From an uncultured Actinomycetes bacterium (lineage in GTDB: Bacteria; Actinomycetota; Thermoleophilia; Gaiellales; Gaiellaceae), in contig CAWISL010000005.1 in the NCBI GenBank assembly GCA_963838795.1, positions 120,092 through 184,091 of the forward strand: a stretch of DNA of 64,000 bases, in the 5' to 3' direction. Below, piece after piece: positions 1 through 8,796 of this stretch. The translations under genes were made by a program, and so were the position numbers. The notes beneath the pieces are model-generated. The model worked only from the letters and a program-made list of their open reading frames with translations. It was not told the origin of the DNA and searched no databases. Positions within the stretch are counted from its first letter, which is position 1. Each line of letters starts with the position of its first letter.

Positions 1-291
1 GTCGAAGGGCTTCTCGCAGAGGACGTGCTTGCCCGCCTCGAGCGCCTGGATCGACCACTCGACGTGCAGCGAGTTCGGCAGCGAGATGTAGACGGCGTCG
101 ATGCCGGGATCGGCGAGGAGTGCCTCGTAGCTTCCGTACGCGCGCTCGATCCCGTGCTCTCGCGCGTACGCCTCCGCGCGCGACTGCTCGCGGCTCGCGA
201 CGGCGACGACCTCCACCTGGTCGGACTCACGCGCACCGGCGAGCACCAGACGGTTGATGTGCGCGGTCGAGATGATCCCCCAGTTCGTCAT
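1..291 (-). CDS. Gfo/Idh/MocA family NAD(P)-dependent oxidoreductase, N-terminal part (3' end runs off the window)
   Basis: Own translation from ATG at 291: [16 protein letters not shown]...[28 protein letters not shown]. This is a Rossmann N-terminus with the EKP motif. ATGA overlap with the stop of the upstream kinase gene. Confidence 0.8.
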   Translation of the reverse strand, partial: MTNWGIISTAHINRLVLAGARESDQVEVVAVASREQSRAEAYAREHGIERAYGSYEALLADPGIDAVYISLPNSLHVEWSIQALEAGKHVLCEKPFD

Positions 292-1723
292 TCTGCCTCC
301 AATGGTCTCAGCGCCGGATACAGGGCGCGGTAGCGAGCGTAGCCGTCTGTGTAGAAGCCCTCCCACCCGGAGTCGGGGTCGACGGTCTCCCGAACGCGAA
401 CGCAGGCGGCGACCGCCTCGCCGACGTCGGCGAACACGCCTCCCGCGACGCCCCCGAGGAGCGCGGCGCCGTAGGCCGCTCCCTCCTCCACCTCCGTCCG
501 CTCGAGCGGGAGCCCGAGCACGGAGGCGACGATTCTGAGCCAGGGCTCGCTCCGGGCACCGCCGCCCGAGACCCGGCCGACGTCCAGGCGGCAGCCGAGC
601 GAGCGGAGGACCTCCAGCGAGTCGCGCAGGCCGTAGGCGACCCCCTCGAGCACCGCGCGCGCGAGCGCGCCGCGGTCGTGTCTGTGCGACAGGCCCGTGA
701 ACGCGCCGCGCGCGCGCGGGTCGGCGTGTGGCGTCCGCTCGCCGGCCAGGTAGGGCAGGAAGAGGAGCCCTTCCGCCCCCGGCTCCCAGCGCTCGGCCTC
801 GGCGACGAGGCGGTCGAACGGCTCGCCCGGGGCGACCGCGTCGCGAAACCAGCGGAGAGCCCCGGCCGCTGAGAGCATCACGCCCATCGCATGCCAGGCA
901 CCAGGGAGGGCATGGCAGAAGACGTGCGCGCGCCCCTCCGGATCCATGACCGCTCCCGGGAGCGTGGCGAAGACGACGCCCGACGTTCCGAGCACGACCG
1001 AGACCGGCCCCGGCGCGATGACGCCGACGCCGAGCGCCCCGGCAGCCTGGTCGCCGGCGCCGGCCGCGACCGGGATCCCCGCGGGCGTTACCGCGGAGCC
1101 GCGACGGCGACTCGAGCGCGGGCGGAAGCCAGTCTGCCGGGAGCTCCAGCGCGGCCAGCACCTCATCGCTCCACGCTGCGGGCCGCAACGTCGAAGAGGA
1201 GCGTGCCCGAGGCGTCGGCGACGTCGGTGACACGCTCCCCGGTCAGCGCGAGCCGCACGTAATCCTTCGGGAGCAGGACGTGGGCGATCCGCTCGTAGGC
1301 CTCGGGCTCATTCGCGCGGAGCCAGAGAAGCTTGGGCGCAGTGAAGCCGGGGAGTGCGCGATTGCCGGTGAGCCTCAGCAGGCGCGCGAGGCCGATCCGC
1401 TCCTCGATCTCCCGGCATTCCTTCGCAGTGCGCTGGTCGTTCCAGAGGATCGCCGGCCGGAGCACGCGCTCGTCGGCGTCGAGGACCACGAGGCCATGCA
1501 TCTGCCCGGTCACGCCGATGCCCGCGATCTCGTCCACGCCGAGCGCCTCGAGCGCCTCGCCGGCTGCGCGGCTCCAGTCCGCGGGATCCTGCTCGGCCCA
1601 GCCCGGCCGCGGCATCGACAGCGAGTACTCCCGCTCTGCCCGCCCCACGACCTCGCCGGAGCGGCTCACCGCGAGCGCCTTCACGCCGGTGGTGCCGACG
1701 TCGACCCCGACGAGCGCGCTCAT
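288..1723 (-). pseudogene. xylB: Xylulokinase (FGGY family) with interrupted reading frame
   Basis: N-terminal half (ATG 1723 to stop 1163): MSALVGVDVGTTGVKA...GQMHG...WNDQRT...PGFTAPKLLW. C-terminal half is in ORF 288..1166: [15 protein letters not shown]...GTSGVVF...[12 protein letters not shown]...GGGARS. The connecting peptide [22 protein letters not shown] is only readable in the third frame, implying two 1-nt shifts between about 1092 and 1177. Confidence 0.75.
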
Positions 1724-2112
1724 CGGAGCGCGAGCCCGGCCGCGAGGAGCGCGTCGCTCGCCAGCGCCTCGTCGTCCTCCCCCGGAAGGCCGCTGACGCC
1801 CACGGCGCCGACGCGGCGGCCGTCCTCGAAAGCGGCGACGCCGCCGCGGAAGAACGTGAAGAACGGGTCGAAGCTCGCCAGCTCGGCCGCGTCGTCCCGC
1901 GCCTTGTCGGCGAGCTCCCCCGATGAGCGGGCGTCGCTCCTGGCGGCGGTGTACGCCTTCCGCTGGGCGTTCAGCCGCGTGTCGGGCGCCGCTCCGTCCA
2001 TCGTCGCTGCGGCCACCACCTCGCCGTGGGTGTCCGCGACGAAGACCGACACGGGGCCCGGAGCGTCCCGCACCACGACCTCGACGATCTCGAGAGCCTG
2101 CTCGAGCCTCAC
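1720..2112 (-). CDS. GlcG/HbpS-like (DUF336) heme-binding-type protein
   Basis: C-terminal 130 codons of ORF 1720..2229: ...VADTHGEVVAAATMDGAAPDTRLNAQRKAYTAA...GGVAAFEDGRRVGAVGVSGLPGEDDEA. GTG at 2112 forms a GTGA overlap with the upstream stop. Its stop forms ATGA with the xylB start. Confidence 0.7.
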   Translation of the reverse strand: MRLEQALEIVEVVVRDAPGPVSVFVADTHGEVVAAATMDGAAPDTRLNAQRKAYTAARSDARSSGELADKARDDAAELASFDPFFTFFRGGVAAFEDGRRVGAVGVSGLPGEDDEALASDALLAAGLALR

Positions 2113-3122
2113 CCGGCTCCCAGCGCCTCGTAGACGAGCTCGTAGGCGCGGACGGCGTCTTTCGACGACTGCGCCTGGCGGAGCGCGGCGTCGTCGATGC
2201 GGGCGGCGACCTCGTCGATGAAGCGCCACTGGAGCACGCTACGGCGCACCGCGGCGACGGCGTCCTCGGTGTACGGGTAGAGGTCGAATCCGAGCCGCTC
2301 CCCGTTGTCGCCGTAGCCGGCGCGCCGCAGCTCGAGCGCCAGCTCGAGCGTCTCCATGAAGGCCGTCGCTCCGACCATGTTGTCGTCGTCGAAGTCACCC
2401 CAGCCGGAATTGGCGTGCTGGTGGCCGAGGAGCCCCTCCGCGGCGAGGAGGGCGGCGTACTCCGCGAGGCTTTCCCGATTCATGATCAGGTGCTGCCAGT
2501 CCATGTTGACCTTCACGTTCGTGAGCCCTTGCTCGCGGAGCTTGTGGATCACGTGGAGCGTCATGCCGAGGTTGCGCATGAGGATCTTCATCGCCGGCTC
2601 GGAGTTCTTGTGCTCGAGGAAGAGGAGGATTCCGCGGTCGGCACAGCGCTGTGCCGCCTCGCCGATCCCTTCCACGAGCCACGCCCAGCTCTCCTTGTAC
2701 GGCGCCTGGAACGGATAGTTGTAGCCCTCGATCCCGGGCCAGATGATGAAGTGCGCGTCGAGCTCGCCGGCGAAATCGATCGCGTCAGTCGTCCGGCGCA
2801 GTGCCTCGGCGCGAGTGGCGTCGTCGGGAGAGACCAGGCCGCCCCGTCCGAAGCGCGGGTCGAGGTGGAGGCCCGTGGCCATGCAGTAGACGTCGTGGCC
2901 GTCGAGCGCCTCCCGGACCTGGTCGAGGTTGTCCTCGTTCAGCTCCTGGGGGTAATGGAACTCGTAGCCGTCGATCAGGTCGCCGAGGCCTTCGACTGCC
3001 CTGCGCACTCTCTCGGCGGTCGTCTCGTTCGCGTACTCCGGCTTGTAGCCGCCGGGAACGAAGCGGGTGACCATCGACCCGAGGGCCCAGATGCCGAGGC
3101 TTGTCTTCAGTCCGTTGCTCAT
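2109..3122 (-). CDS. Xylose-isomerase-like TIM-barrel sugar isomerase/epimerase (not canonical XylA)
   Basis: 337-aa ORF with protein-like composition: IIWPGIEGYNYPF, LFLEHKNSEPAMK, NMDWQHLIM, GHQHANSGWGDFDDDN. Sits in an operon with the kinase. Confidence 0.8.
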   Translation of the reverse strand: MSNGLKTSLGIWALGSMVTRFVPGGYKPEYANETTAERVRRAVEGLGDLIDGYEFHYPQELNEDNLDQVREALDGHDVYCMATGLHLDPRFGRGGLVSPDDATRAEALRRTTDAIDFAGELDAHFIIWPGIEGYNYPFQAPYKESWAWLVEGIGEAAQRCADRGILLFLEHKNSEPAMKILMRNLGMTLHVIHKLREQGLTNVKVNMDWQHLIMNRESLAEYAALLAAEGLLGHQHANSGWGDFDDDNMVGATAFMETLELALELRRAGYGDNGERLGFDLYPYTEDAVAAVRRSVLQWRFIDEVAARIDDAALRQAQSSKDAVRAYELVYEALGAG

Positions 3123-3511
3123 GTGCGGTAGTCCCCCAGGATCGTGGTGAGCTCGATGAGGTTTCCGAACGGATCGCGGCAGAAGAAGCGCGGCCGGTTC
3201 GGAATCGGCGCCTGGTCGCTCGTCTCGACCCCGGCGGCACCGAGCTTCCGCCGCCAGCTCTCGAGGTCGTCGACCTCGAGGCAGAAGTGCCGTTGGGCTC
3301 CGAAGTCCGGCGGCACCGGATCGGGCAGGAAATGAAGCTCGAAGTCGGGCGACCCGGCCTCGAACCAGACCAGCTCCTGGTCGACGAGGGAGGCCGGGAC
3401 GGGCTTCTCGATGAGCCCGAGCACGTCCCCGTAGAACGCTCGGACATCGTCTTGCCGCCCGCGCGGGTACGGCGTCGAGACGTGTTGGAGACGCCTGACC
3501 GCGCTTGCCAC
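3119..3511 (-). CDS. VOC/glyoxalase family protein
   Basis: 130-aa ORF: FYGDVLGL...HFCLEVDDLESWRRKL...RFFCRDPFGNLIEL. ATGA overlap with the downstream TIM-barrel gene. Confidence 0.75.
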   Translation of the reverse strand: MASAVRRLQHVSTPYPRGRQDDVRAFYGDVLGLIEKPVPASLVDQELVWFEAGSPDFELHFLPDPVPPDFGAQRHFCLEVDDLESWRRKLGAAGVETSDQAPIPNRPRFFCRDPFGNLIELTTILGDYRT

Positions 3512-3530
3512 GCGGCGCAGTCTAACGGCG

Positions 3531-3559
3531 TTGACTCCGACGCTTCATCCTGTTACGTT
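3531..3559 (+). promoter_or_regulatory. Candidate sigma70-type promoter for the plus-strand array
   Basis: TTGACT (3531-3536), 17-nt spacer, TACGTT (3554-3559), in the AT-richer divergent intergenic region. Confidence 0.35.
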
Positions 3560-3561
3560 CG

Positions 3562-3599
3562 CCCTTCAAAACCGTTCATGTCCCTTCAAAAGCGATCAT
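3562..3599 (+). promoter_or_regulatory. Tandem 18-nt direct repeat (operator-like), period 20 nt
   Basis: cccttcaaaaccgttcat (3562-3579) and cccttcaaaagcgatcat (3582-3599), 16/18 identical, immediately downstream of the candidate -10. Confidence 0.4.
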
Positions 3600-3725
3600 T
3601 CTGCGAGGGCTGGGGGGAGCTGCTCACATGAGCGGGCAGACGGCGACCGCCGCGGGCTGGGCGGGCGCTCGCGCCTCGCGGGCCTTCCGCCCGGGTCGCT
3701 CGCGCTTCGCCTCGCCGTCGCGCTC

Positions 3726-4697
3726 GTGATCGCCTTCGTCGCCGTCTGGGTGGCCTACAAGGCTTTCGGCGACCCGCGCACGTTCGTCATCGTGGGCCTC
3801 AACGGCCTCACGCTCGCCGGCCTCTACTTCGTCGTGGCGAGCGGCTTCACGCTCATCTTCGGGCTCATGCGGGTCGTCAACATGGCGCACGGCTCCTTCT
3901 ACATGCTGGCCGGCTTCTTCGCGCTCGAGCTCCAGACGACCCTCACGAGCGGCGAGGCGACGTCGGCCTTCGGTTCGTCCGAAGCGGGCCTCGGGGACTG
4001 GCTCATCCCGCTCGTCGTCGCCTCCCTGGCCGTCGGCGTGATCGGCCTCGTCATGCAGCAGCTCTTCCTGCGCTGGAACCAGGGCCAGGAGCTGCGTCAG
4101 GCGCTGATCACGATCGCGATCGGGATCATCATCGCCGACCAGACCTTGGCCCACTTCGGCGGCATCGCCGAGTCCCTGGCGGCACCCGACGTCTTCCCCG
4201 AGAGCGTCGACCTCCCGTTCTCCAACCTCACGTATCCCTTCTTCCGGATCTTCGTCCTCCTCGTCGCGATCGCCGTCGGGCTCGCCCTCTGGGCGATGAT
4301 CCAGCGCACGCGCTTCGGCATGATCGTGCGCGCCGGCGTCGACGATCGGCAGATGGTCTCGGCGCTCGGGATCAACATCCAGCTCGTCTTCGCGAGCGCG
4401 TTCTTCCTCGGCGCCATGCTCGCGGGCCTGGGCGGCGTCCTCGGCGGGACGATGATCTCGGTCGACAAGGCCAACGACACGCAGTACCTGCTCATCTCGC
4501 TGATCGTGGTGATCATCGGCGGCATGGGGAGCCTGGCCGGAGCGGCGATCGGCGCGCTCGCCCTCGGGTTGGTCGACTCCTTCGGCGACGTCTACCTGCC
4601 CGCGGGCTACACGAACTACTCGATCCTGCTCATCTTCGGGCTGCTCGTGCTCGTGCTCGCGATACGGCCTCAGGGGCTCCTCGGGAGACCCGGGTGA
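3726..4697 (+). CDS. Branched-chain amino acid/amide type (HAAT) ABC transporter permease, LivH-like
   Basis: ORF 3531..4697: GLNGLTLAGLYFVVASGFTLIFGLMRVVNMAHGSFYM...IGGMGSLAGAAIGAL. The start is uncertain. GTG 3726 is the first in-frame canonical start close to TM1. Confidence 0.8.
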   Translation: MIAFVAVWVAYKAFGDPRTFVIVGLNGLTLAGLYFVVASGFTLIFGLMRVVNMAHGSFYMLAGFFALELQTTLTSGEATSAFGSSEAGLGDWLIPLVVASLAVGVIGLVMQQLFLRWNQGQELRQALITIAIGIIIADQTLAHFGGIAESLAAPDVFPESVDLPFSNLTYPFFRIFVLLVAIAVGLALWAMIQRTRFGMIVRAGVDDRQMVSALGINIQLVFASAFFLGAMLAGLGGVLGGTMISVDKANDTQYLLISLIVVIIGGMGSLAGAAIGALALGLVDSFGDVYLPAGYTNYSILLIFGLLVLVLAIRPQGLLGRPG

Positions 4698-5761
4698 ACC
4701 GATCCGCCCTGACCGTAGAGCGCGCCCTCTGGTGGGGACCGGGGCTCGTGCTCGTGCTCGTCCTCTTGGTCGCACCGCTGCTCTTCTCCGACTTCTACCT
4801 GAGCCAGGTGATCACCAAGGCGCTCTGGCTCGGAATCGCGGCGGCCAGCCTGATCTTCCTCGCCGCCTACGTGGGGATGGTCTCGCTCGGCCAGGTTGCC
4901 CTCTACGGGATCGCCGGCTTCACGATGGCCAACCTCGCCGCCGCCGACGGCGGCTCGCCGATTGCGTGGGGACCGTGGCCGGCCACCGTCGCGGGCATCC
5001 TCGCCGCCGTCGGCGCCGGGCTCTTCATCGGCGCGATCGCGAGCCGCAGCTACGGGATCTACTTCCTGATGATCACCCTCGCCGTGGGCGTTCTCGCCTA
5101 CTACTTCTTCGCCCAGGTGACGCAGCTCTCGGGCTTCGGCGGCGTCAACAACGTTACCCGCCCGGGCATCGTCTCGAACCCGGTGAGGGATCCCGTGAAC
5201 CTCTTCTACATCGCGCTCGTGGCTTCGGCGGCGGTGTACCTCTTCGTCCGCTACCTGGCGCGCACGCCCTTCGGCCTCGCGCTCCAGGGCGTCCGGGACG
5301 ACCCGTCCCGCATGCGGGCGCTCGGATACAACGTGCCGCTCCTGCGGATGCTCGCGTTCGGCCTCGGTGCGCTGATCGCGTCGTTCGCGGGGATTCTCTC
5401 GGTCTGGTGGAACACCCGAATCTCGCCCGGCTCGATCGACCTCACGCGGACGATCGACGTGCTGGTCATCGCGGTGATCGGAGGGCTCTACCGGCTGGAG
5501 GGAGCGTGGGTCGGGGCGTTCGTGTTCGCGGCCCTGGACAACTGGACCCGGGGCCTCGACATCGTCGGTCAACGCTTCAACACCGTGGTCGGGGCGATCT
5601 TCCTGGCCATCGTCCTCGTGTCACCGGGAGGGCTCATGGGGATCTGGAAGGCGATCACCGAGTTCCTCGCAAGCCGACTCTCGGGCCGACCACCGGCACA
5701 GCCCTCAGCGGGCCCGGCGGACGAGGCCCGACCGGCATCGGACAGTCCACAGCCGTCATGA
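4694..5761 (+). CDS. HAAT ABC transporter permease, LivM-like
   Basis: 355-aa hydrophobic ORF: YVGMVSLGQVALYGIAGF...RALGYNV...VIGGLYRLEGAWVGA. GTGA overlap with the LivH-like stop. Confidence 0.85.
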   Translation: MNRSALTVERALWWGPGLVLVLVLLVAPLLFSDFYLSQVITKALWLGIAAASLIFLAAYVGMVSLGQVALYGIAGFTMANLAAADGGSPIAWGPWPATVAGILAAVGAGLFIGAIASRSYGIYFLMITLAVGVLAYYFFAQVTQLSGFGGVNNVTRPGIVSNPVRDPVNLFYIALVASAAVYLFVRYLARTPFGLALQGVRDDPSRMRALGYNVPLLRMLAFGLGALIASFAGILSVWWNTRISPGSIDLTRTIDVLVIAVIGGLYRLEGAWVGAFVFAALDNWTRGLDIVGQRFNTVVGAIFLAIVLVSPGGLMGIWKAITEFLASRLSGRPPAQPSAGPADEARPASDSPQPS

Positions 5762-5855
5762 CGGAGAAGGGAGGAACAACGCGCGCCAACCGCTCGACGG
5801 GAACCCCGGCCGGCAACCGGGCGTTCGGATGGATCCAACAGGAGGAGAGGTAGGA

Positions 5856-7274
5856 ATGAGAGTTTCCACCGAGGGCGGGAAGGCCCGGTTCTGGGCACTG
5901 CTCGCCGTGCTCGTGCTCGTCTTCGCGGCGACCGTCGCAGCCTGCGGCGGTGACGACGATGACGGCGAGGAGGCAACCCCGACCGACACAGGCGGGGGTA
6001 CCGACGGCGACGCGAGCGGAGAGCCCATCAAGATCGGCGTCTTCGCGAACAACGAGGGCGCGTTCGCGCCCTTCGAAGGCCAGACCTGGGGCGGAGCGAT
6101 GCTCCCGCTGATCAACCGCGGGGCCACCCCCGTCAGCGGCGACTCGACCGAAGGCGTCGAGAACGCCACGATCGCCGGGCACCCCGTCGAGATCGTCTAC
6201 GGCGGTTCGGACTCGACCCCGGACAAGGCGGTCGAAGAGGCCCGGCGGCTGGTCGAGCAGGAGCAGGTCGACATCCTGGTAGGGCCGCTGTCGGGGAGCG
6301 AGGGCATCGCCGTCGCCGAATATTCCAAGGAGCAGCCGGGAGTCACGTTCGTGAACGGCATCTCGGGCGCGCAGGACACGACGCTCAAGGTCCGCTCACC
6401 GAACTTCTTCCGCTTCCACAACGACGGCACCCAGTGGACGGCCGGCCTGGGCAACTACGCCTACAACGAGCTCGGCTGGCGAAACGTCGTCACGATCGGA
6501 GACGACTACGACTTCCCGTACTCGCAGATCGCCGGCTTCGTGGCCGAGTTCTGCTCGATCGGTGGGAACGTCACCGAGCGGCTGTGGCCGCCGCTGGGCG
6601 AGGAGGACTACTCCTCGTACATCACGCAGATCCCCGAGGACGTCGACGGCTTCTTCATGGGCGTCGGCGGCACCGGGACCGTTGCCTTCGTGAAGCAATA
6701 CGGGCAGCTGCGCGGCAACCTGGCCGACAAGATCATGGGCGGCATCTTCATGACCGACCCCGTGATCCTCGAAGAGCTCGGGGACCAGGTCGTCGGAGTC
6801 GTGACGGCCGGCATGACAGCGGGTGACTCGCAGGAGCCCGCCTACATCGAGTACACGGAGCAGATCGCGGAGGCGTATCCGGAGCTCGAAGGCACCGGCT
6901 CGAGCGTGTTCTTCTACGGCTACTACACGGCGATGGAGGCGATCGCGCAGGCGCTCGAGCAGGTCGACGGCGACCTCTCGGACGATCACGCAGCGTTCCG
7001 TGAGGCGCTGGCGAATCTTGAGCTGGACGCCCCGCTGGGGCCGATCACGCTCGACGAGAACCGCCAGGCGGTCATGGACAACTTCCTGCAGCAGATCGTC
7101 GAGGACCAGAACGGTGACGGCGTCCCCGACGTGCAGACACTCGCCACGATCCCGGAGGTCGACCAGACGTTCGCGGGCGCGTTCAGCCCGGAGACGCCTT
7201 CGCCCGACCGGGAGAACCCCGAGTGCGTGGAGGGAACGCCTCCTCCGTGGACGGAGCAAGGCGGAGGCGGCTAG
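5856..7274 (+). CDS. HAAT-family ABC substrate-binding lipoprotein
   Basis: ATG 5856 preceded by ggaggagagg. Lipobox LVFAATVAACGG, then IKIGVF...VGPLSGSEG...; type I periplasmic binding fold pattern. Confidence 0.85.
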   Translation: MRVSTEGGKARFWALLAVLVLVFAATVAACGGDDDDGEEATPTDTGGGTDGDASGEPIKIGVFANNEGAFAPFEGQTWGGAMLPLINRGATPVSGDSTEGVENATIAGHPVEIVYGGSDSTPDKAVEEARRLVEQEQVDILVGPLSGSEGIAVAEYSKEQPGVTFVNGISGAQDTTLKVRSPNFFRFHNDGTQWTAGLGNYAYNELGWRNVVTIGDDYDFPYSQIAGFVAEFCSIGGNVTERLWPPLGEEDYSSYITQIPEDVDGFFMGVGGTGTVAFVKQYGQLRGNLADKIMGGIFMTDPVILEELGDQVVGVVTAGMTAGDSQEPAYIEYTEQIAEAYPELEGTGSSVFFYGYYTAMEAIAQALEQVDGDLSDDHAAFREALANLELDAPLGPITLDENRQAVMDNFLQQIVEDQNGDGVPDVQTLATIPEVDQTFAGAFSPETPSPDRENPECVEGTPPPWTEQGGGG

Positions 7275-7284
7275 CGAGCCCGTC

Positions 7285-8073
7285 GTGACCGTCGCAGCGA
7301 CACAGCCCCAGAGCGCCGAGCCGATCGTCCGCCTCCGCGGCGTCGGCCGGCGCTTCGGGGGCGTCCACGCCGTTCGCGACGTCGACCTCGACGTCTATCC
7401 CGGCGAGCGCCGGGCGCTCCTCGGTCCGAACGGCGCCGGGAAGACGACGCTCTTCAACGTCATCTCCGGCGAGTTCCCGCCGACGGGAGGAACCGTCGAG
7501 CTGTTCGGACGCGACGTCACGATCATGCCCGCCCGCAAGCGGGCGAGGCTCGGCCTCACCCGAACCTTCCAAACCTCGCGACTCTTCCTCGGCCTCTCGG
7601 TCGAGGACAACCTCTACCTGGCCGCGTTGGGCCCACGGGGCGGGCACCTCCGCCCCGTGCGCCTACCCGGCCGCGACGGCCCCGTCCGCGAGCGGGCCCG
7701 CGAGCTCGCCGAGCGGATCGGGCTCAAGGACCAGCTCGGGACTCTCGTGGGCTCGCTCTCGCATGGCGAGCAGCGCCAGCTCGAGGTGGGCGTCGCACGC
7801 GCCAGCGACCCGAAGATCATGATGCTGGACGAGCCGGCGGCAGGCCTCTCTCGCGGCGAGCGCGTCCTGCTGACGGACCTGCTGCTGGCGCTCGACCGAG
7901 ACGTCACCCTCATCCTCATCGAGCACGACATGGACGTCGCGCTGACGGTGGCGGAGCGGGTGACGATGATGCACGACGGACGCGTGATCGTCGAGGGCAC
8001 GCCGGCCGAGATCCGCGCCAACCAGGAGGTGCACGACCTCTACCTCGGAAAGCATCACTACGCCGATGAGTGA
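7285..8073 (+). CDS. ABC transporter ATP-binding protein, LivG-like
   Basis: GTG 7285. Walker A GPNGAGKTT, signature LSHGEQRQL, Walker B IMMLDEPAAG. Confidence 0.9.
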   Translation: MTVAATQPQSAEPIVRLRGVGRRFGGVHAVRDVDLDVYPGERRALLGPNGAGKTTLFNVISGEFPPTGGTVELFGRDVTIMPARKRARLGLTRTFQTSRLFLGLSVEDNLYLAALGPRGGHLRPVRLPGRDGPVRERARELAERIGLKDQLGTLVGSLSHGEQRQLEVGVARASDPKIMMLDEPAAGLSRGERVLLTDLLLALDRDVTLILIEHDMDVALTVAERVTMMHDGRVIVEGTPAEIRANQEVHDLYLGKHHYADE

Positions 8074-8791
8074 TCCCGTCCTCGCCCTGGAGAAGGTCAA
8101 CGCCTACTACGGGCGCGGGCAGGTCCTGCACGACGTCGGCTTCGAGATGGGCCGCGAGCCGGTCGCCGTGATCGGCCGCAACGGCATGGGGAAGACGACG
8201 CTGTGCCTCGCCATCATGGGCCTGATGGCCCACGCGGATGGCTCCGTCCGCTTCGAGGGGCAGGAGCTCATGGGCCGCGCCCCCTACAAGATCTCCGGCG
8301 CCGGGATCGGATACGTGCCGCAGGGCCGGCGCCTCTTCCCCTCGCTCTCGACGGAGGAGCACCTCGACATGCTCGGCGAGGGCAGCGGCGGCCGCTGGAC
8401 GAAGGAGGCGCTCTGGAAGCTGTTCCCGCGGCTCGCGGAGCGCCGCAAGATCAGCGGCGCCCAGCTCTCCGGCGGGGAGCAGCAGATGTTGGCCATCGCC
8501 CGCGCGCTCTACGGCAATCCCAAGCTTCTGATCATGGACGAGCCCTCCGAGGGGCTCGCGCCGGCAATCGTCGAGAGCCTCGTCGAGACGTGCCTGAACC
8601 TGGTCGAGGAGGGGGTCGGGCTTCTCCTCGTCGAGCAGAACCTCGGCGTCGCCACGTCGCTCGCAGGGCGGCAGCTGATCATGGTCGCGGGCGAGATCGC
8701 GGCCGAGACGACCGCCGAGGCGCTTCTTGCCGACCCCGACGCCCAGCAGCGCTACCTCGGCGTGACCCGCGTGGAAGGAGCCGTGGCCTAG
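8066..8791 (+). CDS. ABC transporter ATP-binding protein, LivF-like
   Basis: Walker A GRNGMGKTT, signature LSGGEQQML, Walker B LLIMDEPSEG. Overlaps the LivG-like stop. Confidence 0.9.
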   Translation: MSDPVLALEKVNAYYGRGQVLHDVGFEMGREPVAVIGRNGMGKTTLCLAIMGLMAHADGSVRFEGQELMGRAPYKISGAGIGYVPQGRRLFPSLSTEEHLDMLGEGSGGRWTKEALWKLFPRLAERRKISGAQLSGGEQQMLAIARALYGNPKLLIMDEPSEGLAPAIVESLVETCLNLVEEGVGLLLVEQNLGVATSLAGRQLIMVAGEIAAETTAEALLADPDAQQRYLGVTRVEGAVA

Positions 8792-8796
8792 ACATC

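Noticed and set aside
2109-3122. Calling the TIM-barrel gene next to xylB a canonical xylose isomerase (xylA).
   Set aside because: The length (337 aa) and motifs differ from class I/II XylA (no WGGREG / FHD.D pattern). Only the broader xylose-isomerase-like TIM-barrel superfamily assignment is supportable.
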